Assembly: GCA_044372565.1 (NCBI GenBank)
Contig: JBILRP010000001.1
Location: 45,524-109,523, forward strand
Direction of reading: 5' to 3'
DNA from: Bacilli bacterium
GTDB lineage: Bacteria > Bacillota_I > Bacilli_A > RFN20 > CAG-826
DNA length: 64,000 nucleotides
In this document: positions 38,766 to 47,163 of the stretch, in pieces
Numbering within the stretch: the stretch's first letter is position 1
How the letters are laid out: every line of letters begins with the position of its first letter
Program-made: the position numbers and the translations under genes
The notes under the pieces: generated by a model
Seen by the model: the letters and a program-made list of their open reading frames with translations, nothing else
Told to the model about the DNA's origin: nothing
The model's database searches: none

Positions 38766-39791
38766 ATGAAATCTAAGAAAATTAAAATCAGAGTGTTTTC
38801 CAAAGCAACCACAGTCCCTGGTCAAGGTGTAGGGGCAGCTTATATTGAGCAACTCAACCTTATTCAACAATCGAAGCGTCTTGTGGTGTTGCAACCCAAC
38901 GAACCTCGCCCTGACCTTGTTCATATTCACACGATTAATTTTCGCTATTGGTTAGCGATGCTCTTCATCAAAATTCCCCGGGTGGTCTATGTCCATTTTC
39001 TTCCAAGCACTTTATCTAGTTCCATCAAATTACCAAGACTCTTTTTTGGCATCCTCAAGTGGTATGTCAAAGTCTTTTACAAAACCGCGAGTCATTTGGT
39101 CGTGGTCAATCCTATTTTTATTGATCCACTGATGAAGATGGGAATCAAAAAAGAACGAATTGTCTTCATTCCTAACTATGTGGATGAATCGAAGTTTGCG
39201 ACCAAGGTATCCAATACATCCATTCGAAAACAATGGCAATTCAAGAGGTTTACCGTCTTGGGTGTTGGTCAGGTCCAACATCGCAAAGGGGTTTTGGATT
39301 TCATTGAAGTGGCAAAAAAATTACCAGCAGTTGACTTTGTTTGGGCGGGTGGTTTTTCCTTTAAAGGGATAACCGCAGGTTATGAAGAACTTAAAAAAGT
39401 GATGGATAATCCTCCAAGCAATGTACGTTTTCTAGGGATTGTCCCTCGAGAAAAAATGAATGAACTCTATCATGGTTGTGATCTATTCTTTCTTCCTTCC
39501 TTTGATGAACTCATGCCCATGAGTGTCCTGGAAGCTGCGGTTTGTGATAAACCTATTCTGCTTAGAGACCTTGAACTTTATCAACCTGTGTTCTTTAAGC
39601 ATTATTTAAGTGCCCATGATGTCGATGGATTTGTTAAAATGATTAAGCAGTTGTCTGAAAACAAGGAGATGTATCAACAATCCCTTGACCACCCACGTTG
39701 GTTAAAAAATTATTACCGTAAGGAAGCAATTTTAAAACAATGGGAAGATTTTTATCAGGAGGTCGTCAATCAATATGGCAAAACTCATTAG
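38766..39791 (+). CDS. Glycosyltransferase family 4, glycolipid synthase-like (glucosyl-diacylglycerol type)
   Basis: Contains FLPSFDELMPMSVLEAAVCDKPILL (EX7E region). The ~340-aa size resembles Acholeplasma/Firmicute glycolipid synthases. Substrate is inferred, not shown. Confidence 0.65.
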   Translation: MKSKKIKIRVFSKATTVPGQGVGAAYIEQLNLIQQSKRLVVLQPNEPRPDLVHIHTINFRYWLAMLFIKIPRVVYVHFLPSTLSSSIKLPRLFFGILKWYVKVFYKTASHLVVVNPIFIDPLMKMGIKKERIVFIPNYVDESKFATKVSNTSIRKQWQFKRFTVLGVGQVQHRKGVLDFIEVAKKLPAVDFVWAGGFSFKGITAGYEELKKVMDNPPSNVRFLGIVPREKMNELYHGCDLFFLPSFDELMPMSVLEAAVCDKPILLRDLELYQPVFFKHYLSAHDVDGFVKMIKQLSENKEMYQQSLDHPRWLKNYYRKEAILKQWEDFYQEVVNQYGKTH

Positions 39792-40722
39792 TATCGGCGA
39801 AGCATTAATCGATCAAGTCAAACAAGGGGTTAAACTCATTGGTCGATTTACTGGCGGCGCTCCCACCAACGTCGCGGCGATGGTGGCAAAGCTTGGACAA
39901 TCCAGCGTCTTATTAACCAAAATTGGTGATGATGACGAAGGCAAAATGATTATAGAAACTTTAAGGACATTAGGCGTGGATACCAATCATGTGAAAGTCA
40001 CGGATGCTCATGACACCACGATTGCCAAAGTTCAAGTCGATAAAAAAGGTCAACGAACCTTTACCTTTGATCGCCGTAACGCTGCTGATTTATTTTTAAC
40101 CAAAGAAGACATTGATCCTACCCTCTTTGAAGAAGGAGATATCCTTCACTTTGGTAGTGTGAACCTTGTGCCTTCCTTAACGAGAAAAGCTCATGAATTC
40201 GCGATTGATACAGCCAAAAGGAATGGGGTCATCTTATCTTTTGATCCTAACTTACGATTTAATTTATGGCCTAACCCTCTCGCGTTAAGGGAAGCGGTGA
40301 AAGAATTCATGATCGGTGTGGATATCTTTAAAGTCACGGAAGAAGAATTAAACTTTATCTTCCCAGACATGAGCATTGAAGCCGCGATTGAAAAAGTCTT
40401 CCAAGCAAAAATCACTTGGTTAATCCTATCCAAAGGTGACCAAGGATTGGTTGCCTACCAAGCCAAACAAAAACCAATCATCGTTAAAGGCAACAAAGTC
40501 AAAGTGGTCGACACCACCGGAGCAGGCGATGCCTTAATCGGTGCGTTATTAACAAAGATTCTTGTTGCTGGTATCAGCAAAGCAAAACTCGCCTCCAGTG
40601 GCTTGAAAATGAAAGAGTTCTTAACCTACGCCAATGACGTCGCGGCACTATCCACGACCAAATCAGGCGCGATTGAATCCTTTCCTAGCCAAGATGACTT
40701 AAAAAAAGCTAAAATAAAGTAA
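39775..40722 (+). CDS. PfkB-family sugar kinase (fructokinase-like)
   Basis: Contains the N-terminus ISIGEALID and the C-terminal motif DTTGAGDALIGALL. Confidence 0.8.
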   Translation: MAKLISIGEALIDQVKQGVKLIGRFTGGAPTNVAAMVAKLGQSSVLLTKIGDDDEGKMIIETLRTLGVDTNHVKVTDAHDTTIAKVQVDKKGQRTFTFDRRNAADLFLTKEDIDPTLFEEGDILHFGSVNLVPSLTRKAHEFAIDTAKRNGVILSFDPNLRFNLWPNPLALREAVKEFMIGVDIFKVTEEELNFIFPDMSIEAAIEKVFQAKITWLILSKGDQGLVAYQAKQKPIIVKGNKVKVVDTTGAGDALIGALLTKILVAGISKAKLASSGLKMKEFLTYANDVAALSTTKSGAIESFPSQDDLKKAKIK

Positions 40723-40734
40723 GAGGAACACTCT

Positions 40735-40932
40735 ATGAAAAACAACGTCGGCAATCTTGATAAGGTTATTCGCATCTCCGCAGGATTAGTATCCGTCGTC
40801 CTTGGTATGGTCGTTCATTGGGGATTTTATATCCTTGCCGCGGCCTTGATCATCACGTCGTTCACCGGATTCTGTGGCATTTATGCCTTGTTCGGTTTGA
40901 GCACGTGTCCACGAAAAGTAGTTTCAAAATAA
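40735..40932 (+). CDS. DUF2892 (YgaP-like) small membrane protein
   Basis: The motif NVGNLDKVIRISAGL is followed by two TM helices. It is 65 aa long, and a GAGG SD lies upstream. Confidence 0.7.
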   Translation: MKNNVGNLDKVIRISAGLVSVVLGMVVHWGFYILAAALIITSFTGFCGIYALFGLSTCPRKVVSK

Positions 40933-40948
40933 TTACCAAGATCCAATT

Positions 40949-40979
40949 AAAAAAACCAGGCATGTACCTGGTTTTTTTG
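40949..40979. terminator. Bidirectional terminator between the DUF2892 gene and hss
   Basis: The structure is an A7 run, ACCAGG (40955-40960), a catgta loop, CCTGGT (40967-40972) and a T6 run. Confidence 0.85.
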
Positions 40980-42440
40980 TTAATCAAAATCCGTAATTAA
41001 GAAATTGGTGAATTGCCAAACATCATCTTTATCAATACGGGGGCGATTGTATCCGGCAAATTCATTGTAGTAATTTTTTAAAGGACTCCAATCAAAAGGT
41101 TGAGAAATATACGTTCCTAAATAAGGTTTGGCGACTTGAAGGATGAATTCATGCGGGAGATGTTCAGGATTCATGTACCCTTCATTGGGGTTGGCAATCA
41201 TCCATAACATCGCGGCAACCACACTGATGGCCACTTGAACCGTGGTGGCGTTTTGATGAGGAACCAAGGCTCGTGCTTCATGGATGGATAAGATAGAACC
41301 GATCCACCATGATTGATAAGGGTGACCCATGATTAAGGCACCTAATATATCTTCACCATGGATGATGTCATCGTTCATGATTCGATTTTTCTTTTGGAGT
41401 TGATAGTTGTTGCCACGTAATTCATTCAAGGACGCAATCGCGGCATCACTTGGACAATAGGCGTAATGAACGGTAGGGCGATACACTGCCTTTTTATTTT
41501 CTTCTACGGTCAGATATTTGGATAAGGTAAAGGCTTCCCCATGACGAACAACCATCCCTCGAATTTCATAATGTGGGACAAACGTGGATACCCACGTGTT
41601 CATCCCCATGCGTGCTAAACAAATTTGGTTTTTCGGTCCTTCAAGATGTTGAATGGCCAAATCAGGTAATGTTTTTTCATGCGTTCCCCAACCCATTTCT
41701 GCGGTGGTGGTGCCTTCTTCACGAAATCCTTCTACCGACCAGGTGTTGACAAACTCATTGACTTGTTTAGGTTGATTAGAAATTTGTGTGTCACGTTCAG
41801 ACACGTGAATGACTTTAACCCCAATGCGTTGGGCAAGATGTGCAAATTGTTTTTGTTCAATTAATGATTCAAGCATGACTTTATCTTCATTGATGACCAA
41901 TTTATCTTTGATCATTTTTTTGGCAATATCAAGCAAACCTTGTTTGACAAACGAAGAGATTAATCCTGGATTCGCCCCATGTTCAGTGATCATGGTAGGA
42001 CCTTTTCTTTTCCAAGAAGCCATCATTTTTTCTAACCGCATATGACGATAGTAAAGTGTTTTTTCTCGGGGATGTTTGAGATGACTTTCTGTATATGGAT
42101 CCCAAAGTTCAATCGAGGTATTGATGTAATTGACGTCATGGTCATGACACCATTGAACCAAGTCTTCCGCGCCAATATTCCAAGCAAGATCAATGAGAAT
42201 ATCGCCAGCTTGCAAATACTTTTCAAGTTGACTCGCCATCAATTCTTGACTTAATTTTTCGCGAACATACTGAACCCCACGATCAATCCAAGGTTGAAGT
42301 TGTGTTTGTTTATCTTCAAAATCCATCACGGTGACATGGTCATAGGGAATATTGATGTGCCTAAAAAGAATTGGTAAGGTGCATTGGCCAACACTACCAA
42401 ATCCGACAACTAAAATTTTATTTTTAAATTTTTTTTCCAT
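40980..42440 (-). CDS. hss: Homospermidine synthase (bacterial HSS family, NAD-dependent)
   Basis: The N-terminal Rossmann segment is ILVVGFGSVGQ. VNTWSVEGF, EMGWGTHE, VYRPTVHYAYCP, QNATTVQV and the C-terminal VWQFTNFLITD match my recollection of bacterial HSS. It is 486 aa long. Confidence 0.8.
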   Translation of the reverse strand: MEKKFKNKILVVGFGSVGQCTLPILFRHINIPYDHVTVMDFEDKQTQLQPWIDRGVQYVREKLSQELMASQLEKYLQAGDILIDLAWNIGAEDLVQWCHDHDVNYINTSIELWDPYTESHLKHPREKTLYYRHMRLEKMMASWKRKGPTMITEHGANPGLISSFVKQGLLDIAKKMIKDKLVINEDKVMLESLIEQKQFAHLAQRIGVKVIHVSERDTQISNQPKQVNEFVNTWSVEGFREEGTTTAEMGWGTHEKTLPDLAIQHLEGPKNQICLARMGMNTWVSTFVPHYEIRGMVVRHGEAFTLSKYLTVEENKKAVYRPTVHYAYCPSDAAIASLNELRGNNYQLQKKNRIMNDDIIHGEDILGALIMGHPYQSWWIGSILSIHEARALVPHQNATTVQVAISVVAAMLWMIANPNEGYMNPEHLPHEFILQVAKPYLGTYISQPFDWSPLKNYYNEFAGYNRPRIDKDDVWQFTNFLITDFD

Positions 42441-42486
42441 CGCTTTTATTGTAAGCGATTCAAGAAAAAAATATACAAAAAATGAT

Positions 42487-43383
42487 TTACTTTTTGAAGC
42501 TAAATTCAGTCTTCGTTAGTCTCGCAGATTCATCAAAGAATTTTTTAGATAATGACACATCGTGACTGAGAGGAATTGATTTGACAAGTTTGGCTTTTTT
42601 ACCACCAAATTCAAACCATCCACTTGGACCAAAATATTCTCCACCCTGACACGTTGGATTGATGGCGGCTTCAATCAAAGGAATCGCCCCACGCTTGGCA
42701 GATTGTAAAGGCATGATCGATTTAAAGACATTAAACATTGGTTGTGTCTTTGCATTCTTAAATAATAAATTGGTTTTTGAAACCCCTGGATGGGCGGCAA
42801 CCACCGTCACTGGAAGTTTATTGGTTTTTAAACGCCGATCAAGTTCATACGTGAATAAAAGATTGGCTAGTTTAGAACGGCTATACGCTCCCCAAGGAGA
42901 ATAGGATTTTGGTTGCTGATAATTCAAGTTCTTAAAATCGATATCGCCTCGACGGTGAGCGATGCTAGAAATATTGACAATCCGGCCTTTGCTCTTGATT
43001 AACATGGCTAATAATTTTGAGGTTAAAGCAAAGTGGCCAAAATGATTCGTGGCCATTTGTGATTCAAATCCATCTTGAGTAACTAGGTAATCCCCAAACA
43101 TGATCCCGGCATTGTTGATAAGAATATCTAATTGTTTATATGAAGTTTGAAACAATTGAACAAATTGATCCACGGATGCCAGTGACATTAAATCCAGTGG
43201 CATAAACTCCACCTGACCAGATAAATTTAATTTCTTTAACGATTGAATGGCTTCTTCTGCTCTTGGTTTTGAGCGAGAGGCCATGATGACCTTTGCGCCT
43301 AATGACAGAAAATATTCAATCCCGTAATACCCGATTCCTGAATTGCCACCGGTGACAATAATGACCTTATTTTTAAGTTCCAT
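42487..43383 (-). CDS. Short-chain dehydrogenase/reductase (SDR)
   Basis: Contains TGGNSGIG (TGxxxGxG), NNAG and YSRSK (YxxxK). Confidence 0.88.
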   Translation of the reverse strand: MELKNKVIIVTGGNSGIGYYGIEYFLSLGAKVIMASRSKPRAEEAIQSLKKLNLSGQVEFMPLDLMSLASVDQFVQLFQTSYKQLDILINNAGIMFGDYLVTQDGFESQMATNHFGHFALTSKLLAMLIKSKGRIVNISSIAHRRGDIDFKNLNYQQPKSYSPWGAYSRSKLANLLFTYELDRRLKTNKLPVTVVAAHPGVSKTNLLFKNAKTQPMFNVFKSIMPLQSAKRGAIPLIEAAINPTCQGGEYFGPSGWFEFGGKKAKLVKSIPLSHDVSLSKKFFDESARLTKTEFSFKK

Positions 43384-43906
43384 GCTTTTCTCCTAGCACC
43401 TTATGATATACCAAACGTTCCCCTGCTTGAGGTAACCACGCTTTTCCCACTGCTATATATTGTTGCCGATTCAATAGGCCACACATCGGTTGATTCAATG
43501 CATGCGTGTCGATTCGGATGTTGCGGATGTGATGACGTTGAGCTTGCTGTTCTAAGTAATCTAATAACTTCTTACTTAAATGGCGACCTTGAAACGAAGG
43601 GGCAATAAACAAACGATGAATGACCATATAAGGATCTTGATTTAACCACTGACCTGTCAGCAATTGATCATAGCCAGGCTCATGCGTCATCAGGGCAGCG
43701 CCACCACATGGTTGGTTATCTTCAAACAATAGATAATAGCGTTGTTGAATAATATCTTCTTCAATCGTAGCAAGCGATGGTTCCTTGCCTTGCCATTGGC
43801 CAGATCCGTGGGCTGCCATTTGCCGGCGGCAACCCTCAATTTGTCGAAGAATCCAATCTCGTTGAGACAGGGTGGCTAACCTTAGCAAATATTTTGACAT
43901 TGGCAT
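43373..43906 (-). CDS. GNAT family N-acetyltransferase
   Basis: IHRLFIAPSFQGRHLSKKLLDYLE is a GNAT motif A-like segment. It overlaps the SDR gene by 11 nt. Confidence 0.8.
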   Translation of the reverse strand: MPMSKYLLRLATLSQRDWILRQIEGCRRQMAAHGSGQWQGKEPSLATIEEDIIQQRYYLLFEDNQPCGGAALMTHEPGYDQLLTGQWLNQDPYMVIHRLFIAPSFQGRHLSKKLLDYLEQQAQRHHIRNIRIDTHALNQPMCGLLNRQQYIAVGKAWLPQAGERLVYHKVLGEKHGT

Positions 43907-43928
43907 AGTGCTATTATAAAATATCTTG

Positions 43929-44026
43929 ACGAAATGAACTAATCATTCGTGGCGCGCTAAGTACATTGCTGTTATGGCGTGAGCCAAGACAGAACATCCA
44001 TTATCCCCCATGATGGATGTTTTTTA
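43929..44026 (+). ncRNA. Candidate ~100-nt small RNA or cis-leader (three hairpins, intrinsic terminator), class unknown
   Basis: The promoter is TTGACA (43894-43899), a 17-nt spacer and TAAAAT (43917-43922). P1 pairs 43930-43937 with 43943-43949. P2 pairs CUGUUAUGGC with GCCAAGACAG around a GUGA loop (43969-43992). The terminator pairs AACAUCCAU (43993-44001) with AUGGAUGUU (44013-44021) and is followed by U5. Confidence 0.45.
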
Positions 44027-44062
44027 TTTGACTTATCGAACGAGAAAACCTAAGGTTGAGAT

Positions 44063-44386
44063 ATGAAACATGTCCTAGGGTCTTATCAGAAACTTAAAAT
44101 CGATAAGAAGTGGCGAGTGATTTTACTCGACCATCCTTATTTAATCGCCATCATTGGTCAACACGTTTACGCCATTCCTGATACGTGTCCTCATCAAGAT
44201 GCTTCATTATTTCAAGGAAAAATCAACGGAGAAATAGTCACCTGCCCACTTCATCAAGCCAAATTCAATTTAGTGACCGGTGAGATTGATGAGGTCAGTA
44301 AGATGCTTTACTTTGATTTTGGTCCAGAAAAAATCACGACCCATAAGGTCGTGATTGATGGCGATCAATTGATGTTAGACTTATAA
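44063..44386 (+). CDS. Rieske [2Fe-2S] domain protein (ferredoxin / small-subunit type)
   Basis: Carries CPH-x17-CPLH (DTCPHQDASLFQGKINGEIVTCPLHQAKF). It is 107 aa long. Confidence 0.85.
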   Translation: MKHVLGSYQKLKIDKKWRVILLDHPYLIAIIGQHVYAIPDTCPHQDASLFQGKINGEIVTCPLHQAKFNLVTGEIDEVSKMLYFDFGPEKITTHKVVIDGDQLMLDL

Positions 44387-44388
44387 AC

Positions 44389-45279
44389 TTATTTAATTTT
44401 TAATTGCGACTTGATCATCAAGATTTCTTGCGCAATCAAGTTTTGAACTTCGGAACGACTCACGAATAAACCTTGATTTTTTGCAACTTCTTCGGCAACA
44501 ATGCGGCGAACCAATTGGACATCCATGTTGTTCGCATATGGATTGACTTGGCTAGGTTGGTTTAATCCTTGGTTTGGATATATTTGTTGAGTGTTTCTCA
44601 TTAAATTTAATTCTTCTTGCATGACAACTTTGACTAATTCCGATAAGGTATCGCTGCTTGAAGCAGCATTTGGGGTCACCGTGGCTGGTTGAAGGGTAGG
44701 TTGAACGGTTGGGGTTAAGGCAATCTTTGGAGCCGCTTGAACCTTTTGAACCTTCACGCGACGCTTTGCTGTTAAACCCAATAAAAAAGTAAGGAATAAG
44801 ACAAGGTAAATTAAGCCTAATGCGCCACCTAAAAATAAGGTGTCAATTAAATCGCTACTGAACCCATCGACAAGAACCCAGATAAAGCGTTCTCTAGGAA
44901 GATTTGGATTGATGATAATTAAACTCACACCAAGAGCGAATAAACCTGTGGAAGCAACCAAGGCAAAAATCCCTGAAAAAGGACGACGTACGATGAACCC
45001 GCGAATCAACGCAATTAAACCAAGGAAGACCCCAAACGCGGTGCCTCCAAGAATCAATAGATTGGTGGTTCCGGTGAAATCAAACGAGGTTAAAAATGCT
45101 CTAGCATAATCTATAAACATCGTTGGTAGAAGGATGAGTGGCTCAACTAATGCATCAAAAGTGAAGTCATTCAAGAACCCAAAGGTACCACCCAAAATGG
45201 CAAGCAGTAGGATGGAAGCAATCAGCAAGACCTTTAAGAAATTTCTTTTCATTGATGTTTCCTCAATAATCAACTTCAT
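44389..45279 (-). CDS. Membrane protein (N-terminal ~5 TM, C-terminal Gln/Pro-rich soluble region), unknown function
   Basis: The hydrophobicity pattern supports a membrane protein. The start may be 45252 (MKRNFLK). Confidence 0.55.
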   Translation of the reverse strand: MKLIIEETSMKRNFLKVLLIASILLLAILGGTFGFLNDFTFDALVEPLILLPTMFIDYARAFLTSFDFTGTTNLLILGGTAFGVFLGLIALIRGFIVRRPFSGIFALVASTGLFALGVSLIIINPNLPRERFIWVLVDGFSSDLIDTLFLGGALGLIYLVLFLTFLLGLTAKRRVKVQKVQAAPKIALTPTVQPTLQPATVTPNAASSSDTLSELVKVVMQEELNLMRNTQQIYPNQGLNQPSQVNPYANNMDVQLVRRIVAEEVAKNQGLFVSRSEVQNLIAQEILMIKSQLKIK

Positions 45280-45316
45280 CTTAACATATTTTATTTTAAA
45301 TCATTGCCTTTTCTTA

Positions 45317-45910
45317 TCATTCAGAACTTGTTTCTTTGACCTGAGTTCGCTTGTTGGTCATCCGAACAAGAATATATTTCGCGTGGAATATTCGTTTCAG
45401 TAGTTTGACCCGGTATTGAACTTCTCTACGATCAAAAATTAATTTTTCTACCCCAGTCCAAATAAAGATCCAACTAAAGATTTCCGCACTGCCAGCAGAG
45501 ATGGCATTGGCAAAAAGAGTTTCTGCAAATAGTCCACCAAAGATAAGCACAAAACTTCCAATACTGAACAGAAGGCTACCAATAAGGGTTAAACGCCGAA
45601 TATCTTTTTTAAGGTAATAAATCACAGGAATTAGTTCGTCTTGAATCTGATCGATGATGATGGGTAGGTGAACCTCAAAATTACCCGCTTGAACTTCCAC
45701 GGTGACTTTCCGTATTAACGGGGTGTATCTGGTTTCTTCTTCTAAATCCCGTAGCGTATCTTGAACGACTTTACCCTCAAACTTATCACTGACAATCTTA
45801 AAAGACGCCATGTCTTCATCAATCTCCCGACCGTATTGAGTTAAGCGGGCATCCAAATCTCCCTTTAAGGCAATCAACTCAAGGGTTTTTCTCAATTCAT
45901 CTTTTTCCAT
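45317..45910 (-). CDS. Hypothetical protein (cytoplasmic N-domain plus 2-3 TM), translationally coupled to the upstream GT-C gene
   Basis: The ATG at 45910 overlaps the TAA of the upstream gene (TAATG). The protein begins MEKDELRKTLELIALKG... Confidence 0.55.
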   Translation of the reverse strand: MEKDELRKTLELIALKGDLDARLTQYGREIDEDMASFKIVSDKFEGKVVQDTLRDLEEETRYTPLIRKVTVEVQAGNFEVHLPIIIDQIQDELIPVIYYLKKDIRRLTLIGSLLFSIGSFVLIFGGLFAETLFANAISAGSAEIFSWIFIWTGVEKLIFDRREVQYRVKLLKRIFHAKYILVRMTNKRTQVKETSSE

Positions 45911-47145
45911 TATGCAAGTCCTCCTTCTTTGGTAGGTTGTAATAATGCTTGCCATAACCAATAGGTGGTTAAAATCAGGGTTAGGGCGAATCCAAGTGCC
46001 ACATCTTCATGGCGAATAGGTTCCATGCTAAAAATAAATGGTGAATAGGCAAGCAAGGAAATCGCTTGGGTGGCCAAGACTAAATAGAACTTAGATTTGA
46101 ATTGAAAGACAATGACCAAGATCAAGACATCGGCTGCAAACAAATATCGCTCATGCATCGCTGGTAAGAAAAAGTTGGCCATCAATAAACTCCAGTAGGC
46201 GAGTAGAAGTAAAGGTTTCATGGTTAAGGTCACTTTGGTCAATAACATCATCAAGAATTGAATCGCCATCAAGACGATAAACAACCCGATCGCCATTTGA
46301 TGAAGGTCTTCATACCGCTGATTGGGAAACCATTGGTATAAGTTAGGCATGTTGAGGGTTAAGAGTTTATAGGTTTGGGTTTGTAAAAAATAGATTTCCG
46401 TAATCTCAACCACACTTCGTCCGGCAAGGATTGCCGGTAAAGCCAACACGTAATACACAATGGGGATGATCAACACGTAATAGATTTTATGCCGGTAATG
46501 GAACCAAAAATATATGATAAACACTGGCAAAAAGAAAATGGCTTGGAGCTTAAAGCTAAACGCAACCCCATACCAGATGGAGGCTGCCAATGGTTTTTGT
46601 TTTTGTAGATAATAAATCGCGATCAAACTCAATCCTGAATAACTTGCGTCAATTTGTCCCCATAACGATCCGTTGATGATCACGGTGGGCAAGAACAAGG
46701 CAATGATGGCAATCGAAGCAGGAAATAGTGGATGGATTTTTGTTAACCAAAGCTTTGCATTCAAATACACCCCAACCATCAAGACAAGATCAAAACCAAT
46801 GGAAATGATTTTAATGCCGAGTAAATAAGGCTCAGTGGAATTGGCTTGTGGGAAATATGAAATGAATGTTAATAAATAGATATAAGGCGGGGTATAGTCA
46901 CCAATGGCACGACCTAAACTCGCCCATCCTCCTTGATCAACGATTTGTTGTAACCAAGGTTTGAGAAAATTTGAATAATCTCCAGATACCCATTCAACCA
47001 ACGTTAAGCGAATGGAGATGGCCAACCCGGCCATGAAAAAAAGAATGACCGATTCTAGTAAGAATGGTTTGAGTTTCATCCACAAAGGGGTTAACCAGCG
47101 AATCATCTTATGGTTATTATAAGCGATAGACCCTAGGAACCGCAT
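45910..47145 (-). CDS. GT-C fold membrane glycosyltransferase (mannosyltransferase / DUF2029-like)
   Basis: About 11 TM segments. The first-loop motifs SGDYSNFLKPW and GDYTPPYIYLL resemble GT-C polyprenyl-phosphate-sugar-dependent transferases. An alternative start lies at 47106. Confidence 0.6.
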   Translation of the reverse strand: MRFLGSIAYNNHKMIRWLTPLWMKLKPFLLESVILFFMAGLAISIRLTLVEWVSGDYSNFLKPWLQQIVDQGGWASLGRAIGDYTPPYIYLLTFISYFPQANSTEPYLLGIKIISIGFDLVLMVGVYLNAKLWLTKIHPLFPASIAIIALFLPTVIINGSLWGQIDASYSGLSLIAIYYLQKQKPLAASIWYGVAFSFKLQAIFFLPVFIIYFWFHYRHKIYYVLIIPIVYYVLALPAILAGRSVVEITEIYFLQTQTYKLLTLNMPNLYQWFPNQRYEDLHQMAIGLFIVLMAIQFLMMLLTKVTLTMKPLLLLAYWSLLMANFFLPAMHERYLFAADVLILVIVFQFKSKFYLVLATQAISLLAYSPFIFSMEPIRHEDVALGFALTLILTTYWLWQALLQPTKEGGLA

Positions 47146-47163
47146 CGAGAAAATCTTTATGAT

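Noticed and set aside
43929-44026. Could the ~100-nt RNA candidate be the small (4.5S-type) SRP RNA? It contains AGCCAAGACAGA, reminiscent of the GCAGCCAAGGCAGA of 4.5S RNA, and a GNRA loop.
   Set aside because: The 5' and 3' ends do not pair into the long SRP helix. The conserved asymmetric and symmetric loop nucleotides flanking the tetraloop are not present, and the 3' hairpin looks like an ordinary terminator. This should still be tested with the SRP covariance models.
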